A DNA stretch of 64,000 nucleotides from Nitrosopumilaceae archaeon (GCA_965209085.1 OZ242376.1:864001-928000); one strand, 5' to 3'. Counted from the first letter of the stretch, positions 42,478 through 53,078 are shown. Translations and numbers: made by a program. Notes: generated from the letters alone by a model not told the origin.

Positions 42478-42678
42478 GCAATACGTCTTGAATACTGTGG
42501 TAAAAATCTTGCTGAATCAGAGCATAAAATGATCTCTAGTGAGGAGGAGGATGGGGGATGTTTTTGACATTTGGGTATTGTAAACTCGGCACATGTTTGA
42601 ATCATCATATCTTATCTTTGAGAAACGCCATTACTCCGATCTAAAAACGGCGTATTTAAATAACTCAAATTTACATAT

Positions 42679-42900
42679 ATGAATATGTCAAAATATGTGG
42701 AGATTATACAAAGTAGATCCACACCGCCAAAAGGCGCAGTAATCATTTTGGCATTTGTATTCATATTTGGACTCTTTACAATGGCTTTTGATCAGGGTCA
42801 TACGTTCAGCATCATACAGGGAGCTGACGCTTTTGATTCCATGTATTTGCACGAGTTATCACACGACCTGCGTCATGCTGCAGGTTTTCCATGTCATTGA
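42679..42900 (+). CDS. cbtB: Cobalt transporter subunit CbtB
   Basis: TM helix followed by HELSHDLRHAAGFPCH. Confidence 0.9.
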   Translation: MNMSKYVEIIQSRSTPPKGAVIILAFVFIFGLFTMAFDQGHTFSIIQGADAFDSMYLHELSHDLRHAAGFPCH

Positions 42901-42910
42901 GATGTAATAT

Positions 42911-43630
42911 TTGAAATTTTTGGCATTTGTGGGCGTTGTATTACTCTCTGGTATTATAGCTGGCTCAGTTCAAGGTGTGGCCAATTTTGTACTAGTGGAA
43001 CCAGTATTGGATAGGGCAATCGAGTTTGAAAACCGGGCGTTATTTGATTCTGGAGCTGAGCAGGATGATGTTGAATTCCGCATGGCGCACGATGAATATC
43101 GTTTGTGGCAAAAAGGCGGGCAGATTGTCTCTAGTGCCATTCTTGGAATGTCTGTGGGTTCGCTTTACGGACTTTTATTCGGGTATGCAAAAAAATCACT
43201 TCCAGGATCCCATACCATAAAAAAAACACTAGCTCTTGCAGCGATAATGTGGCTGATACTATTCCTTGTTCCGTTTGTAAAATACCCTGCAAATCCTCCA
43301 ACCGTTGGGGATCCTGACACCATAGATGAGAGGACCGCACTATATGTCGGATTGATTGCAGTTTCAGGACTGCTGACACTGGGATTTTATTATGTGTCGG
43401 GATTTTTGCATGGAGGGAAAAAGATTTTGATGCTAGCGGGATTTGCCTGTATTTTATGCACCATTGTAATCATGTTTCCTGAAAATCCTGATGATGTCTC
43501 AATCCCAAAAAACGTATTGTATGATTTTAGACTTGCATCTGCCATATCAATTACCATCTTTTGGATTACAATTCCGTTTGTGTTTGGAGGATTGTGGCGC
43601 AAATTTTTGCCAGATTCGGTTGAAAAATAA
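42911..43630 (+). CDS. cbtA: Cobalt transporter subunit CbtA
   Basis: Multiple TM helices, KYPANPPTVGDPDTI, FRLAS; follows cbtB. Confidence 0.88.
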   Translation: MKFLAFVGVVLLSGIIAGSVQGVANFVLVEPVLDRAIEFENRALFDSGAEQDDVEFRMAHDEYRLWQKGGQIVSSAILGMSVGSLYGLLFGYAKKSLPGSHTIKKTLALAAIMWLILFLVPFVKYPANPPTVGDPDTIDERTALYVGLIAVSGLLTLGFYYVSGFLHGGKKILMLAGFACILCTIVIMFPENPDDVSIPKNVLYDFRLASAISITIFWITIPFVFGGLWRKFLPDSVEK

Positions 43631-43665
43631 TTTTGTTTAAATACCTACAAGCATAATATCCGCTG

Positions 43666-44010
43666 TTGAAATCTAGGGCGACATTGCCGCAGTTAAAAAA
43701 ATTTGATGTCACGCAAAAAATTCTCGAAGCGCTAGCAAATGTGGAATCTAGGGCGATAATCTTTTCCATGGTGAATAAAGCCATGACCGCATCCGATCTT
43801 TCATACGTTCTAAAAATACCGTTAAGTTCAGTTTACAAAAAATTATCAGATTTGCAAGAGCTCTCACTGGTGTACGTTGAACGAAATGTTTTGAGCGAGG
43901 ATGGCAAAAAACACAGATTTTACCGCTCGCGTATAAAAAAAGCAGAAATCACCATCAAAAAACCCGAGCCCACACTCACAATGCATCCGAATACAAATCA
44001 GGGCATCTAG
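43666..44010 (+). CDS. ArsR-like winged-helix transcription regulator
   Basis: ILEALAN...MTASDLSYVLKIPLSSVYKKLSDL...FYRS. Confidence 0.82.
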   Translation: MKSRATLPQLKKFDVTQKILEALANVESRAIIFSMVNKAMTASDLSYVLKIPLSSVYKKLSDLQELSLVYVERNVLSEDGKKHRFYRSRIKKAEITIKKPEPTLTMHPNTNQGI

Positions 44011-45035
44011 GTTACTATATCATCAAGACGGTTTTCAGATTCAGCGAGTTTTATCTCTCTTGCAATTCGTCGTCCCATGCTTATTGATTCGCCGTACAAA
44101 AGGCCGTAATATGGGGAGCCGTCCATGTAGATGTTGGTTCCAGCCACAATCCTAGCTGAGAATTCAAATGCGGTAAACTTTGCATTCTCATCATATATTC
44201 CCTCTAGACAAAATGGCCCATTCATTCCAGGTTTTACTAAACTAGCGGACGCTTTTACAAACGCCTCACCCATGTTAAAGACATCCTCCAAAAGCGATTC
44301 GCGCAAAACAATGGGCGTATTCCCTATGACATTAAAGGACAAGATTTTCTCATGTTGCATTTGCATTTGTGCGGGCATTCTAGCAAGCCCTTCAATATCG
44401 GATTCATGGCGCTGATCGGCTCCAAAAAATTCCAAGCCCCCTCTTAGCGGAGAGTGAAAAAACTGCAGGTATGCTAAAACACCAGGGATGTATTCTTGTA
44501 TGTAGAGGCTTTCATTTTCAGAGATTGTGCCGTTTTTTACAAGTTGGTTTCTTTTTTTCTCATATTCGGATTCACTTGATGCAGTAAAGTATCCTTTTCC
44601 TCCGGCCGCTCCATGACGTTTGACAATTACAGAAACGTCTATCTCTGCGGGGGATTTTATTGTACGGGGAAGTTTTAAATTTGCATTGCGCATGAGCTTT
44701 TCCTTTAGATTTCTGTCTGATTCCCAACGAAGCATCATCTTGTTGCCAAAAATCGGGGTTTTAATCGACTCTATACTATCAGAGTTTAGCTGCGATACTA
44801 GCGTACCATGCGGTATTAAAACAGAATCAAGATCCCCAAGCTTGCTTTGACATTTATCATCTGTAACCTCTGCAAACGAATCAACCATAATCATTTCATC
44901 AATAAAATCAAATCTGCTGTACAGACTCTGGCGTTTTTTTTCACACACGAGCACCGTTTTAAAATCCTCGTCTTTTGCGCCTTTTAACACCTGCATGGCG
45001 CAGTGGGAACCAAGCGTCGCAATGGATGTCAACAC
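44007..45035 (-). CDS. purP: PurP-family formate-dependent AICAR formyltransferase (ATP-grasp)
   Basis: IATLGSHCA, IPHGT, GGKGYF, LRESLL, GPFCLE, SARIVAGTN, MGRRIAREI. Confidence 0.9.
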   Translation of the reverse strand: MLTSIATLGSHCAMQVLKGAKDEDFKTVLVCEKKRQSLYSRFDFIDEMIMVDSFAEVTDDKCQSKLGDLDSVLIPHGTLVSQLNSDSIESIKTPIFGNKMMLRWESDRNLKEKLMRNANLKLPRTIKSPAEIDVSVIVKRHGAAGGKGYFTASSESEYEKKRNQLVKNGTISENESLYIQEYIPGVLAYLQFFHSPLRGGLEFFGADQRHESDIEGLARMPAQMQMQHEKILSFNVIGNTPIVLRESLLEDVFNMGEAFVKASASLVKPGMNGPFCLEGIYDENAKFTAFEFSARIVAGTNIYMDGSPYYGLLYGESISMGRRIAREIKLAESENRLDDIVT

Positions 45036-45055
45036 ATTAACCTCATGTACATGAC

Positions 45056-45265
45056 TTATGAACTATGGGCTTTGGTTACTTTGTCATACACCTCGTCAAT
45101 CAAATCTGCCGTCACTTCTGATTTTAGATCTTTTGGAAGGGCCTTTAATATGAAATCATAAACGGTAGTATTATTTGGAATACTTGTATTTTCCCGGTAT
45201 ATGGTATGGGCAGCTATGCCGTTGGCGATCAAAGCTATTGCCAATTCCCTTCTATTTAGCGCCAT
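45056..45265 (-). CDS. Hypothetical protein
   Basis: 69-aa ORF upstream of purP on the same strand. Confidence 0.65.
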   Translation of the reverse strand: MALNRRELAIALIANGIAAHTIYRENTSIPNNTTVYDFILKALPKDLKSEVTADLIDEVYDKVTKAHSS

Positions 45266-45445
45266 AAAATGCCTACACATGGGCGGGTATTTTTCAGTTT
45301 ACCGTCATTTTTTGCATACAGTACTGCACATTTGGCATTTTTTGGTAAAACATGGGTGCCTCAAATGGGATAAACTGCCATAATTGCAGATTATTGTTCA
45401 CGCTCATAGGAAAATAATAAAGGAGTGTATATGTAACCGCACAGT

Positions 45446-46750
45446 ATGGCAATACAAACAGAGTTGGGCTCGCTTCGCCGTACGCATTATTCGACAGAAT
45501 TGCACGAGGCATCCGGCAAGAATGTCACCGTAATGGGTTGGATCTCAGCGGTGCGCGTACACGGCAACATTTCTTTTGTAACAATACAGGACAATAAAGG
45601 CTCCATACAGGTGGTGGCAAAGGCAGGTGCATGCCCTGATGATGTGCGAGAAAAACTCTCCTCGCTTAAACCCCATTCGACAGTGGCAATAACAGGATCT
45701 GTGGTACAATCGCCAAAGGCTCCTGGTGGCGTGGAAATTGTTCCAGAGCAATTGTGTGTTTTTTCAGAAGTTACAGTCATACCGCCGTTTGAGCCCCAGG
45801 CTAAAACTGTAAAAAACATAGACACCAGACTTGCCGTACGTGCCATAGACCTTCGGCGCAAAATACTGCAGGATATTTTTAGTGCAAGAAATGATGTGCT
45901 TAAAGCGGTAAGAGGGTATTTTTCAAATCAGGGTTTTACAGAAATTCATACGCCAAAAATTATAGCCAGTGCGACAGAAGGTGGTGCATCACTCTTTTCC
46001 ATATTTTATTATGACAAAGAGGCATATCTTGCACAGAGTCCGCAGATGTACAAAGAACAGCTGACGATGAGCTTTGAAAAAGTATTTGAAATAGCTCCCA
46101 TCTTTAGGGCTGAATCCTCTAGAACGAACAAACATCTCTCAGAGGCAATATCAGTGGACATTGAAGAGGCGTTTGTGGATTATACGGACATTATGAGCAG
46201 AGTTGGGGATATCATGCACGCTGCTGTAAAAGCTGCACTAGGCGCAAAAGAATCACTTGGTGCTGAATTTAACGTACCGGACATACCTGAATCAATTCCC
46301 CAGTATACGTATGCTGAAATTTTGGACATGATGCACAAAGTTGGAATAAAATCCGAATGGGGCGATGATCTTTATCCCTCAAATCTAAAAAAAATAAATT
46401 TGGACGGATTTTATTTTATAAAAGACTGGCCGCTTGGTCCAAAGCCGTTTTATGTAAAGGCCGGAAAGGACGGCAAAACATCCGAATCATTTGATCTAAT
46501 GTATGGCGAATTGGAGCTATCATCTGGCAGCACACGTATTGAAAAAGCAGACGAGCTTAAAGGGCGCATAGCAGACAAGGGTTTACCGGTGGATTCATTT
46601 GAATACCATCTGTCCACGTACCAATACGGCGTTCCGCCCCATGCCGGTTGCGGAATAGGTCTTGAGCGGCTCATGATGGCACTCACTGGAACTGAAAATA
46701 TACGGGATACTGCATTTTACCCCAGGGATGTGGACAGGCTTACGCCATAG
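45446..46750 (+). CDS. aspS: Aspartate--tRNA ligase (likely non-discriminating)
   Basis: OB fold, ATEGG, LAQSPQ, FRAE, PPHAGCGIGLER; directly precedes gatCAB. Confidence 0.95.
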   Translation: MAIQTELGSLRRTHYSTELHEASGKNVTVMGWISAVRVHGNISFVTIQDNKGSIQVVAKAGACPDDVREKLSSLKPHSTVAITGSVVQSPKAPGGVEIVPEQLCVFSEVTVIPPFEPQAKTVKNIDTRLAVRAIDLRRKILQDIFSARNDVLKAVRGYFSNQGFTEIHTPKIIASATEGGASLFSIFYYDKEAYLAQSPQMYKEQLTMSFEKVFEIAPIFRAESSRTNKHLSEAISVDIEEAFVDYTDIMSRVGDIMHAAVKAALGAKESLGAEFNVPDIPESIPQYTYAEILDMMHKVGIKSEWGDDLYPSNLKKINLDGFYFIKDWPLGPKPFYVKAGKDGKTSESFDLMYGELELSSGSTRIEKADELKGRIADKGLPVDSFEYHLSTYQYGVPPHAGCGIGLERLMMALTGTENIRDTAFYPRDVDRLTP

Positions 46751-46763
46751 GGAATGATGAAAA

Positions 46764-47030
46764 ATGGTCGAAAGTGAGGAGATTATGCGTGTTGCAAAGC
46801 TTATGCGTATACGCATAGATGATGAAACCGAACACATCCGTAGGGTTCAAAAAATTCTCGAATATTTTGACACACTTGATGAGGCAAACGTTGAATCCGA
46901 AGATTTGGAGCCTAGTATCACGAATGTGGAAAATCTCCGTGATGATGTATATTCAAAATTTGACGGATCCATAATCGATGAGATTAAAAACTATCAGGGC
47001 ACCCACGTACGGGCTCCAAAGATGATCTAG
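46764..47030 (+). CDS. gatC: Asp/Glu-tRNA amidotransferase subunit C
   Basis: VAKL...LRDD...VRAPKM; position in operon. Confidence 0.88.
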   Translation: MVESEEIMRVAKLMRIRIDDETEHIRRVQKILEYFDTLDEANVESEDLEPSITNVENLRDDVYSKFDGSIIDEIKNYQGTHVRAPKMI

Positions 47031-48479
47031 ATGAATCTACAGACCACGGTTTTAGAATACGTTGAGAATATAAAAAACAACAATATCCGATGTGAGGAGT
47101 TTATGGAGGCAACATTGGAGCGCATAAAAAAACTGGATGGCCAAATACATGCGCACATATCCGTATTTGAGGATGCAGTACTTTTAGCTAGAAAAATTGA
47201 CGCAAAGATAAAGTCCGGAGAACCGGTTGGACCCTGCTATGGAATGCCGGTGTCAATAAAGGACAATATTTGCACATTTGGTAAAAAAACAACATGCGCT
47301 TCAAAAATGCTCGACTGTTTTATCCCGCCGTACAATGCAACTGTTGTACAAAAACTGCACGATTCAGATGCAATAATGGTTGGAAAGACAAACATGGATG
47401 AATTTGGTATGGGTTCCACCACCGAATTCAGCTCATACGGACACACGTGCAATCCCTGGAATAAAGAATACGTACCTGGAGGCTCTTCGGGGGGCAGTGC
47501 TGCAGCAGTCTCATCATTGCAGTGTGTCGCCTCGCTTGGATCAGATACTGGAGGTTCGGTACGAAATCCTGCAAGCTTTTGCTCCGTTGTCGGATTCAAG
47601 CCCACATACGGGCTTGTAAGCAGGTATGGACTTGTTGCATATTCAAACAGCATAGAGCAAATCGGCCCACTGACCCGCACCGTAAAGGATGCCGCGTTTA
47701 TGATGAATCTCATATCAGGAAAGGATGAAAATGATGCAACAACTCTTGGAGGTTCAAATACTGACTATCTCTCAAAAATTGATGCAGACATTTCGGGTAA
47801 AAAAATCGGAATATTGCAACAAATGATGGGCGATGGGGTATCGCCTCATGTTGTATCTGCAACAAAAGATGCAGTAAAGAAATTTCAAGATCTTGGGGCC
47901 ATCTGTGAAAATGTCCATCTTAATACAATACCACATTCTGTGGCAGCATACTATACGATTACATCAGCTGAAGCTGCTAGCAATCTTGCCAGATATGATA
48001 ATATCCGATATGGTTTTGAAATGTCCCAATCCGGCTATAACTTTGATGCATACATATCAGAAGCAAGACGCAGACTCGGTCCGGAGGTTAAAAGACGCAT
48101 GATACTTGGAGGATTTGTCCCGTCTGCTGGATATGCTGGGAAATACTATCTAAAGGCGTTAAAGGTGAAAAACCGCCTCTCAAAAGAAATCGCAGAGGCG
48201 TTTAAAAAATTCGACATATTGATTGCGCCAACTGTCCCAGTACTTCCGTTTAAGATTGGAGAAAAGATCAACGATCCTATAGCACAGTTTCGGACTGATT
48301 CAAATACTGTACTGGCAAATCTTACCGGCAGACCTGCAATATCAATTCCGTTTGCATTCTCGGATGGACTGCCAATAGGAATTCAACTTGTGGCAGATTC
48401 TATGCAGGATTCCCAGCTTCTCCAGGCAGCATACTCGCTTGAGCGCTGTACAGATCTTCAAAAGGTGCCTGCATTATGA
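47031..48479 (+). CDS. gatA: Asp/Glu-tRNA amidotransferase subunit A
   Basis: KDN, GKTNMDEFGMGS, PGGSSGGS, GSDTGGSVRNPA. Confidence 0.96.
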   Translation: MNLQTTVLEYVENIKNNNIRCEEFMEATLERIKKLDGQIHAHISVFEDAVLLARKIDAKIKSGEPVGPCYGMPVSIKDNICTFGKKTTCASKMLDCFIPPYNATVVQKLHDSDAIMVGKTNMDEFGMGSTTEFSSYGHTCNPWNKEYVPGGSSGGSAAAVSSLQCVASLGSDTGGSVRNPASFCSVVGFKPTYGLVSRYGLVAYSNSIEQIGPLTRTVKDAAFMMNLISGKDENDATTLGGSNTDYLSKIDADISGKKIGILQQMMGDGVSPHVVSATKDAVKKFQDLGAICENVHLNTIPHSVAAYYTITSAEAASNLARYDNIRYGFEMSQSGYNFDAYISEARRRLGPEVKRRMILGGFVPSAGYAGKYYLKALKVKNRLSKEIAEAFKKFDILIAPTVPVLPFKIGEKINDPIAQFRTDSNTVLANLTGRPAISIPFAFSDGLPIGIQLVADSMQDSQLLQAAYSLERCTDLQKVPAL

Positions 48480-49867
48480 TTGGGATCGAAGTGCACTGCC
48501 AGATAAACAGTCTGCAGACAAAGCTTTTCTGCAGATGCAAGGCAGATTCTAGGGGATTTGCACCAAATGAAAACATCTGTCCTATATGTACCGGACTCCC
48601 AGGCTCACTTCCACGTCTGAATCGCGGGGCTGTGGAAAAAGCCGCACTAGTGGCTATGGCATTGAATTGTAATGTGCCAAAGAGTGTTTCATTTTTTAGA
48701 AAAAATTATTTTTACCCTGATCTGCCAAAAAATTATCAAATCACACAGCTTGACGTGTATGGTAAGAGCAGTATGGGTTCTGATGGATACGTGGATACAC
48801 CTGATGGACGCATTCGCATTAAAAGAGTGCAACTAGAGGAGGATCCTGGACGTATAACATACGAGGGAGCTTCTGAAAAAACAAAAATTGCGCTAGTTGA
48901 CTATAACCGCGCAGGAATGCCGCTAGTTGAAATTGTAACAGAGCCGGATTTTGCAAGTCCTGCACACGTCAGGGATTTTTTGAACATGCTATCGAATTTA
49001 CTTGAAAATTTGCAGGTTTCTGACACTAGTATGGATGGTGCCATGAGGGCTGATGGAAACGTTTCCATAGGAAACGGACCAAAGGTCGAAATAAAGAATG
49101 TGGGATCATTTCACGATTTGGAAAAAGCATTACATTTTGAATTAACGCGGCAAAGCAGCTTTACTGATCGCGGGGTTGTCGTAGAACAGGAGACACGTCA
49201 GTGGAATGCCTCACGAAAGGCCACGGTTCCTGCCAGAAAAAAAGAGGACGAGGATGATTACAGGTATATTCCAGAAGCTGATATCCCGCATGTGCGAATA
49301 GATGAGCAGTTTTGCAAGCGACTGCGTTCGGAAATACCTGAAAGCGTTGCTGCAAAACAGGACCGATACTCATCAATGGGAATTACACGGCAGGTAGCCA
49401 AGGTGCTCTCATCTGACAGATATTGTCTTGAACTTTTTGAAAATGCACACAATGAAAAAAATTCCATAGAGGTGGCCAACCTGATTACCACAGATTTTAT
49501 GGGATTGGCAGACACCCGTGAAAAACGGTCAGTCTCTAAAATAACACCACAACACCTTTCGGATTTGGCAGATGCCATACTTGGAGGCGCAATAAGCCGA
49601 ATATCGGCAAAAGAGGCACTATCCATCATGCATGATACGGGAAAGCATCTATCGGAAATCATCTCAACGCAGAATCTTGCACGCATATCCGGATCTGATC
49701 TTGGACCGATAATAGATGAGGTTTTAGCACAAGAAGTACAGACTGTTAAAACTTTGAGCGAAAACCCTCAGGCAATAAACTATCTTGTGGGAAAGGTTAT
49801 GAAAAAAACTGGCGGCAAGGCGGATCCTGCAGCCACACTCAAACTATTGCGTGAAAAAACTTCCTAG
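48476..49867 (+). CDS. gatB: Asp/Glu-tRNA amidotransferase subunit B
   Basis: IGIEVH, RKNYFYPDLPKNYQITQ, NRAGMPLVEIVTEP, DYRY. Confidence 0.96.
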   Translation: MIGIEVHCQINSLQTKLFCRCKADSRGFAPNENICPICTGLPGSLPRLNRGAVEKAALVAMALNCNVPKSVSFFRKNYFYPDLPKNYQITQLDVYGKSSMGSDGYVDTPDGRIRIKRVQLEEDPGRITYEGASEKTKIALVDYNRAGMPLVEIVTEPDFASPAHVRDFLNMLSNLLENLQVSDTSMDGAMRADGNVSIGNGPKVEIKNVGSFHDLEKALHFELTRQSSFTDRGVVVEQETRQWNASRKATVPARKKEDEDDYRYIPEADIPHVRIDEQFCKRLRSEIPESVAAKQDRYSSMGITRQVAKVLSSDRYCLELFENAHNEKNSIEVANLITTDFMGLADTREKRSVSKITPQHLSDLADAILGGAISRISAKEALSIMHDTGKHLSEIISTQNLARISGSDLGPIIDEVLAQEVQTVKTLSENPQAINYLVGKVMKKTGGKADPAATLKLLREKTS

Positions 49868-50715
49868 GATGCAACGCTGTGCATTGCGGCACTAAATTCG
49901 TCAATAGCCTGCACTATGCCGTTTTTGTATTCTGGCGTAATTTCAGCAAAATCAAACAGTCCGTCATGGGATCTGTCATCATTGACACGCTCTATATCAA
50001 AGGTACACAAAAACCCCTCCTCGCCAGTTACAAGTCTGGCATCATCTATTAAAACATCAGAAGTTTTGTATATTTCCTCCAGATATCCGTCTAGCTCTTT
50101 GAAAAGATTTTGTTTTTTTAAAATCATTTCATTTACACTATCATCGTTGCCATCTTTGATCATGCCTGTAATATCGTCAGTCAGTTTGTCATTATTGTAA
50201 AATTTCTCAAATATTTTCTGCAAGTCTGCATCATCTTTGGCGGATTCTCCAAGTTTTTCAATTATGAGACTTTCGCCCATCTTTGCCACCTGCGCTTCCA
50301 CGTTTTTCGTCCGATCCATTATGCTGGATAGCTCTTTTTGGCATTCAACCACCCGGTATTCTGGTTTGTAATACAGCAATACGTGAAATTGCAGTGACAT
50401 GTGGCCAGAAATAAGATATTTTCCAATCTGTCTGCTGAATTTTACAAAAACCCTCCTGCAATCCTCGTTGTTTGTCACCATGACGTCGCGAACCGACCAT
50501 TGTTTCATTTTTCTAGTTGCCTCGCGGTAAAAACTAACCGCACCTCCGGGCTCAAATGTTGATTCTTCTGTCACACTGCTGTCTCCGAGCATTACTCTGG
50601 TTTTTTTAGAAATTAGTATTTTTTTCATAATGTTTGTATAGTCTGTTTTTATGATCTCATATGTATCATTTAATGTACATATGAAACTATCCGTATTCTT
50701 GGAACCAAGTCTCAT
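49864..50715 (-). CDS. Hypothetical protein
   Basis: 283-aa ORF convergent with gatB. True start may be internal (MKKILISK). Confidence 0.75.
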   Translation of the reverse strand: MRLGSKNTDSFICTLNDTYEIIKTDYTNIMKKILISKKTRVMLGDSSVTEESTFEPGGAVSFYREATRKMKQWSVRDVMVTNNEDCRRVFVKFSRQIGKYLISGHMSLQFHVLLYYKPEYRVVECQKELSSIMDRTKNVEAQVAKMGESLIIEKLGESAKDDADLQKIFEKFYNNDKLTDDITGMIKDGNDDSVNEMILKKQNLFKELDGYLEEIYKTSDVLIDDARLVTGEEGFLCTFDIERVNDDRSHDGLFDFAEITPEYKNGIVQAIDEFSAAMHSVAS

Positions 50716-50964
50716 TTAGATTATGAACGTTTTGCATCATTTTAAACCTTGACTCACCTCTCTGGCACACAAAATTGCATGTTTTGCACATGTGGAATAT
50801 TTGTCAAATAATATGTTCTCTTAAATATGTCATAATGCGATATCGGGCATGATCTTGATAAAAACTAGATACGGCACCGATGGCTCAGACATGCCCATAT
50901 GGCATGACTGCATACAATGCCATACTGAAAAAACGCGCCTTTATCACATACTTGGTTTACACGC

Positions 50965-51699
50965 GTGATTGTATTGTCCGAATCAACCCCCGAAAATAAC
51001 GAAATGCAGGAAGTGCAGACCCGCATATGGGCGTCTCTAAAAAGCGGATACAAGTACAAAGGCACTGCTGATGATTCTGAAGGATATCTTAGACCGCTAG
51101 TTGGCAAAAGACTGAATTTAACTATAATGTATGTTGATCTTGTCGGATCCACTTCGATGTCGCTTGAGATCTCACAAAGTAAATTCATCACAATAATCAG
51201 CTCATTTGTACATGAAATGGCACACGCTGTAAAAAGATATGACGGATACGTTTTAAAATTTGTAGGGGATGCTGTTTTGGCGTATTTCCCAAATGACATT
51301 GATGCAAAAAAAGGCACAAATGATTCGCTAAAATGTGCATTTTCAATGATTGAGACTATAAAATCCGGAATGAATCCGATATTAAACCAGTATGATTATC
51401 CCGATCTAAAAATAAAAATCGGCATAGATGCTGGTCAGATTATGGCAATATCATACGGTATTGGGAATAATGATTTTCCAATAGATCTTATCGGACCTCC
51501 AATGAACATTGCATCAAAAATACAGTCGCTAGCAAAACCAAACCAAGTACTCGTAGGATCTGATGTATATGAAAAATTACATCCAAACACACAGGCCAAG
51601 TTTAAAGCAGAGGTGCTATCCAACGATTGGAAATACAGATCGAGAGTTACCGGAGATGTATATGGAGTGTATGTGTATTACCCGCAAGACTCAACCTAG
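50965..51699 (+). CDS. Class III adenylate/guanylate cyclase
   Basis: YVDLVGST, KFVGDAV, IKIGID, DLIGPPMNIASKIQ. Confidence 0.9.
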   Translation: MIVLSESTPENNEMQEVQTRIWASLKSGYKYKGTADDSEGYLRPLVGKRLNLTIMYVDLVGSTSMSLEISQSKFITIISSFVHEMAHAVKRYDGYVLKFVGDAVLAYFPNDIDAKKGTNDSLKCAFSMIETIKSGMNPILNQYDYPDLKIKIGIDAGQIMAISYGIGNNDFPIDLIGPPMNIASKIQSLAKPNQVLVGSDVYEKLHPNTQAKFKAEVLSNDWKYRSRVTGDVYGVYVYYPQDST

Positions 51700-51861
51700 T
51701 TAGACTGTAAATTTTTCAGGGCATTCAACGTGTTCATAGTGATGCTCTGAAATCTCTTGTTTTACTATATACATGACAATTTTGTGCAAATCTGTATCCT
51801 GTATGCACTGACCGCATCTATCACATCGTTTCAACACTACGTCTTTTTGTCTCATCATCAT
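51700..51861 (-). CDS. Small CxxC/HxxC zinc-binding protein (53 aa)
   Basis: Hand translated: MMMRQKDVVLKRCDRCGQCIQDTDLHKIVMYIVKQEISEHHYEHVECPEKFTV. Its stop abuts the cyclase stop. Confidence 0.7.
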   Translation of the reverse strand: MMMRQKDVVLKRCDRCGQCIQDTDLHKIVMYIVKQEISEHHYEHVECPEKFTV

Positions 51862-52104
51862 ATCTGCGATCAAAAAAGCACCATTCTATAAGGATCAACG
51901 ATCGACTCTAGTTGATCAATACTGATCGATGATTTACCACTTGTTTATATATAAAATATCAATTATGGAGGTACGTGTCCATCTATACGGTAATTTTGAT
52001 GGGATTGGGCATGAAATTCACATCTTTTGGACTTTGTGCGTGGGAATATCCAGTTACATTTTGGAGACAGAAGGCAAAAATACCCCGAAAATACATCAAA
52101 ATTG

Positions 52105-52488
52105 ATGAATAATGATAATGCGGATTTCATGCGTACCATATGGGACATGTACTCTGCAGGTCCTAATATGCCTCAATTTCTGCGTCTGCCCCCACGTATA
52201 GCAAATCCACTTATTCCAAAACACCGCGGACATTCTGAAGGAGATCTTGTAGAGGATGCTACGGCAAGAATTGGAGGTTTCAAGGATGCCTTTGTCCATA
52301 TGGCTTATGACTTGATGGGTCCTGACGGTTATAGTCCATCATTACCCGGACAGCACGCATATACTAGAGGCGATAAATTGGAATCACTGCATTCAAAAAA
52401 CCAAATGCTGGAAAAAGAAAATATGGAATTAAAAAAACAGCTAGACGATATTAACAGAAATACTCAGGCAAAACACTCACAATCGTAA
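52105..52488 (+). CDS. Hypothetical protein with a C-terminal coiled coil
   Basis: Probable start MNNDNADF; ends LESLHSKNQMLEKENMELKKQL. Confidence 0.7.
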   Translation: MNNDNADFMRTIWDMYSAGPNMPQFLRLPPRIANPLIPKHRGHSEGDLVEDATARIGGFKDAFVHMAYDLMGPDGYSPSLPGQHAYTRGDKLESLHSKNQMLEKENMELKKQLDDINRNTQAKHSQS

Positions 52489-52621
52489 ATTACAAATTAT
52501 AAAAGTTTTAATTATTTTCTTTACATTGCATTGTAATTTTACAGGATTGGATAAATTTCAAAATAATTATTGTACAACTTTGTGGTAAAACCTGTGGTAT
52601 TTTGTAAAACGTACAGTGAGA

Positions 52622-53035
52622 TTAACTGGGAGTAAATCCATGATATCCGCCGGTTTGTTGTGTGGCATCTTTGAATGCTGGTTCAAAAAATGACACAAGA
52701 TATCCATCAGGATCCTGTATTATGGCGTTTTTTCCAGCATCATGTTCAATCACATCACGAAGTATTGGTATGTTTTTTGACCGCATTTCTTCAATTGCCG
52801 AAGTAACATCCCCTACGGTAAATCCTATGGTGATTCCATTATCGAGAGAGCTTCCAACATGTTCTGTAGTGGATATGGCAGGGTGGAGGCTAATGAGAGC
52901 GCCGGTGGTTCCAAGATCCACCCATGTTTTACGACGGTTTTTTATCGGCAGTCCTATCACATCGTGGTAAAATTCAACGGCTTTATCCAAATCTTTTACG
53001 GCCAACATTACATTGCCAAGACGTGTTAGATGCAT
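52622..53035 (-). CDS. VOC/glyoxalase family protein
   Basis: VKDLDKAVEFYHDVIGL, QDPDGY. Confidence 0.9.
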   Translation of the reverse strand: MHLTRLGNVMLAVKDLDKAVEFYHDVIGLPIKNRRKTWVDLGTTGALISLHPAISTTEHVGSSLDNGITIGFTVGDVTSAIEEMRSKNIPILRDVIEHDAGKNAIIQDPDGYLVSFFEPAFKDATQQTGGYHGFTPS

Positions 53036-53078
53036 ATTCTCATCAATCTACACATGGAATTAAATTTAACGGATGATC

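Noticed and set aside
42480-42678. Cobalamin riboswitch upstream of cbtBA
   Set aside because: No recognisable B12-box or GGGAA/GCCACTG core; a TATA-like TTTAAATA lies just upstream of cbtB, implying a short leader.
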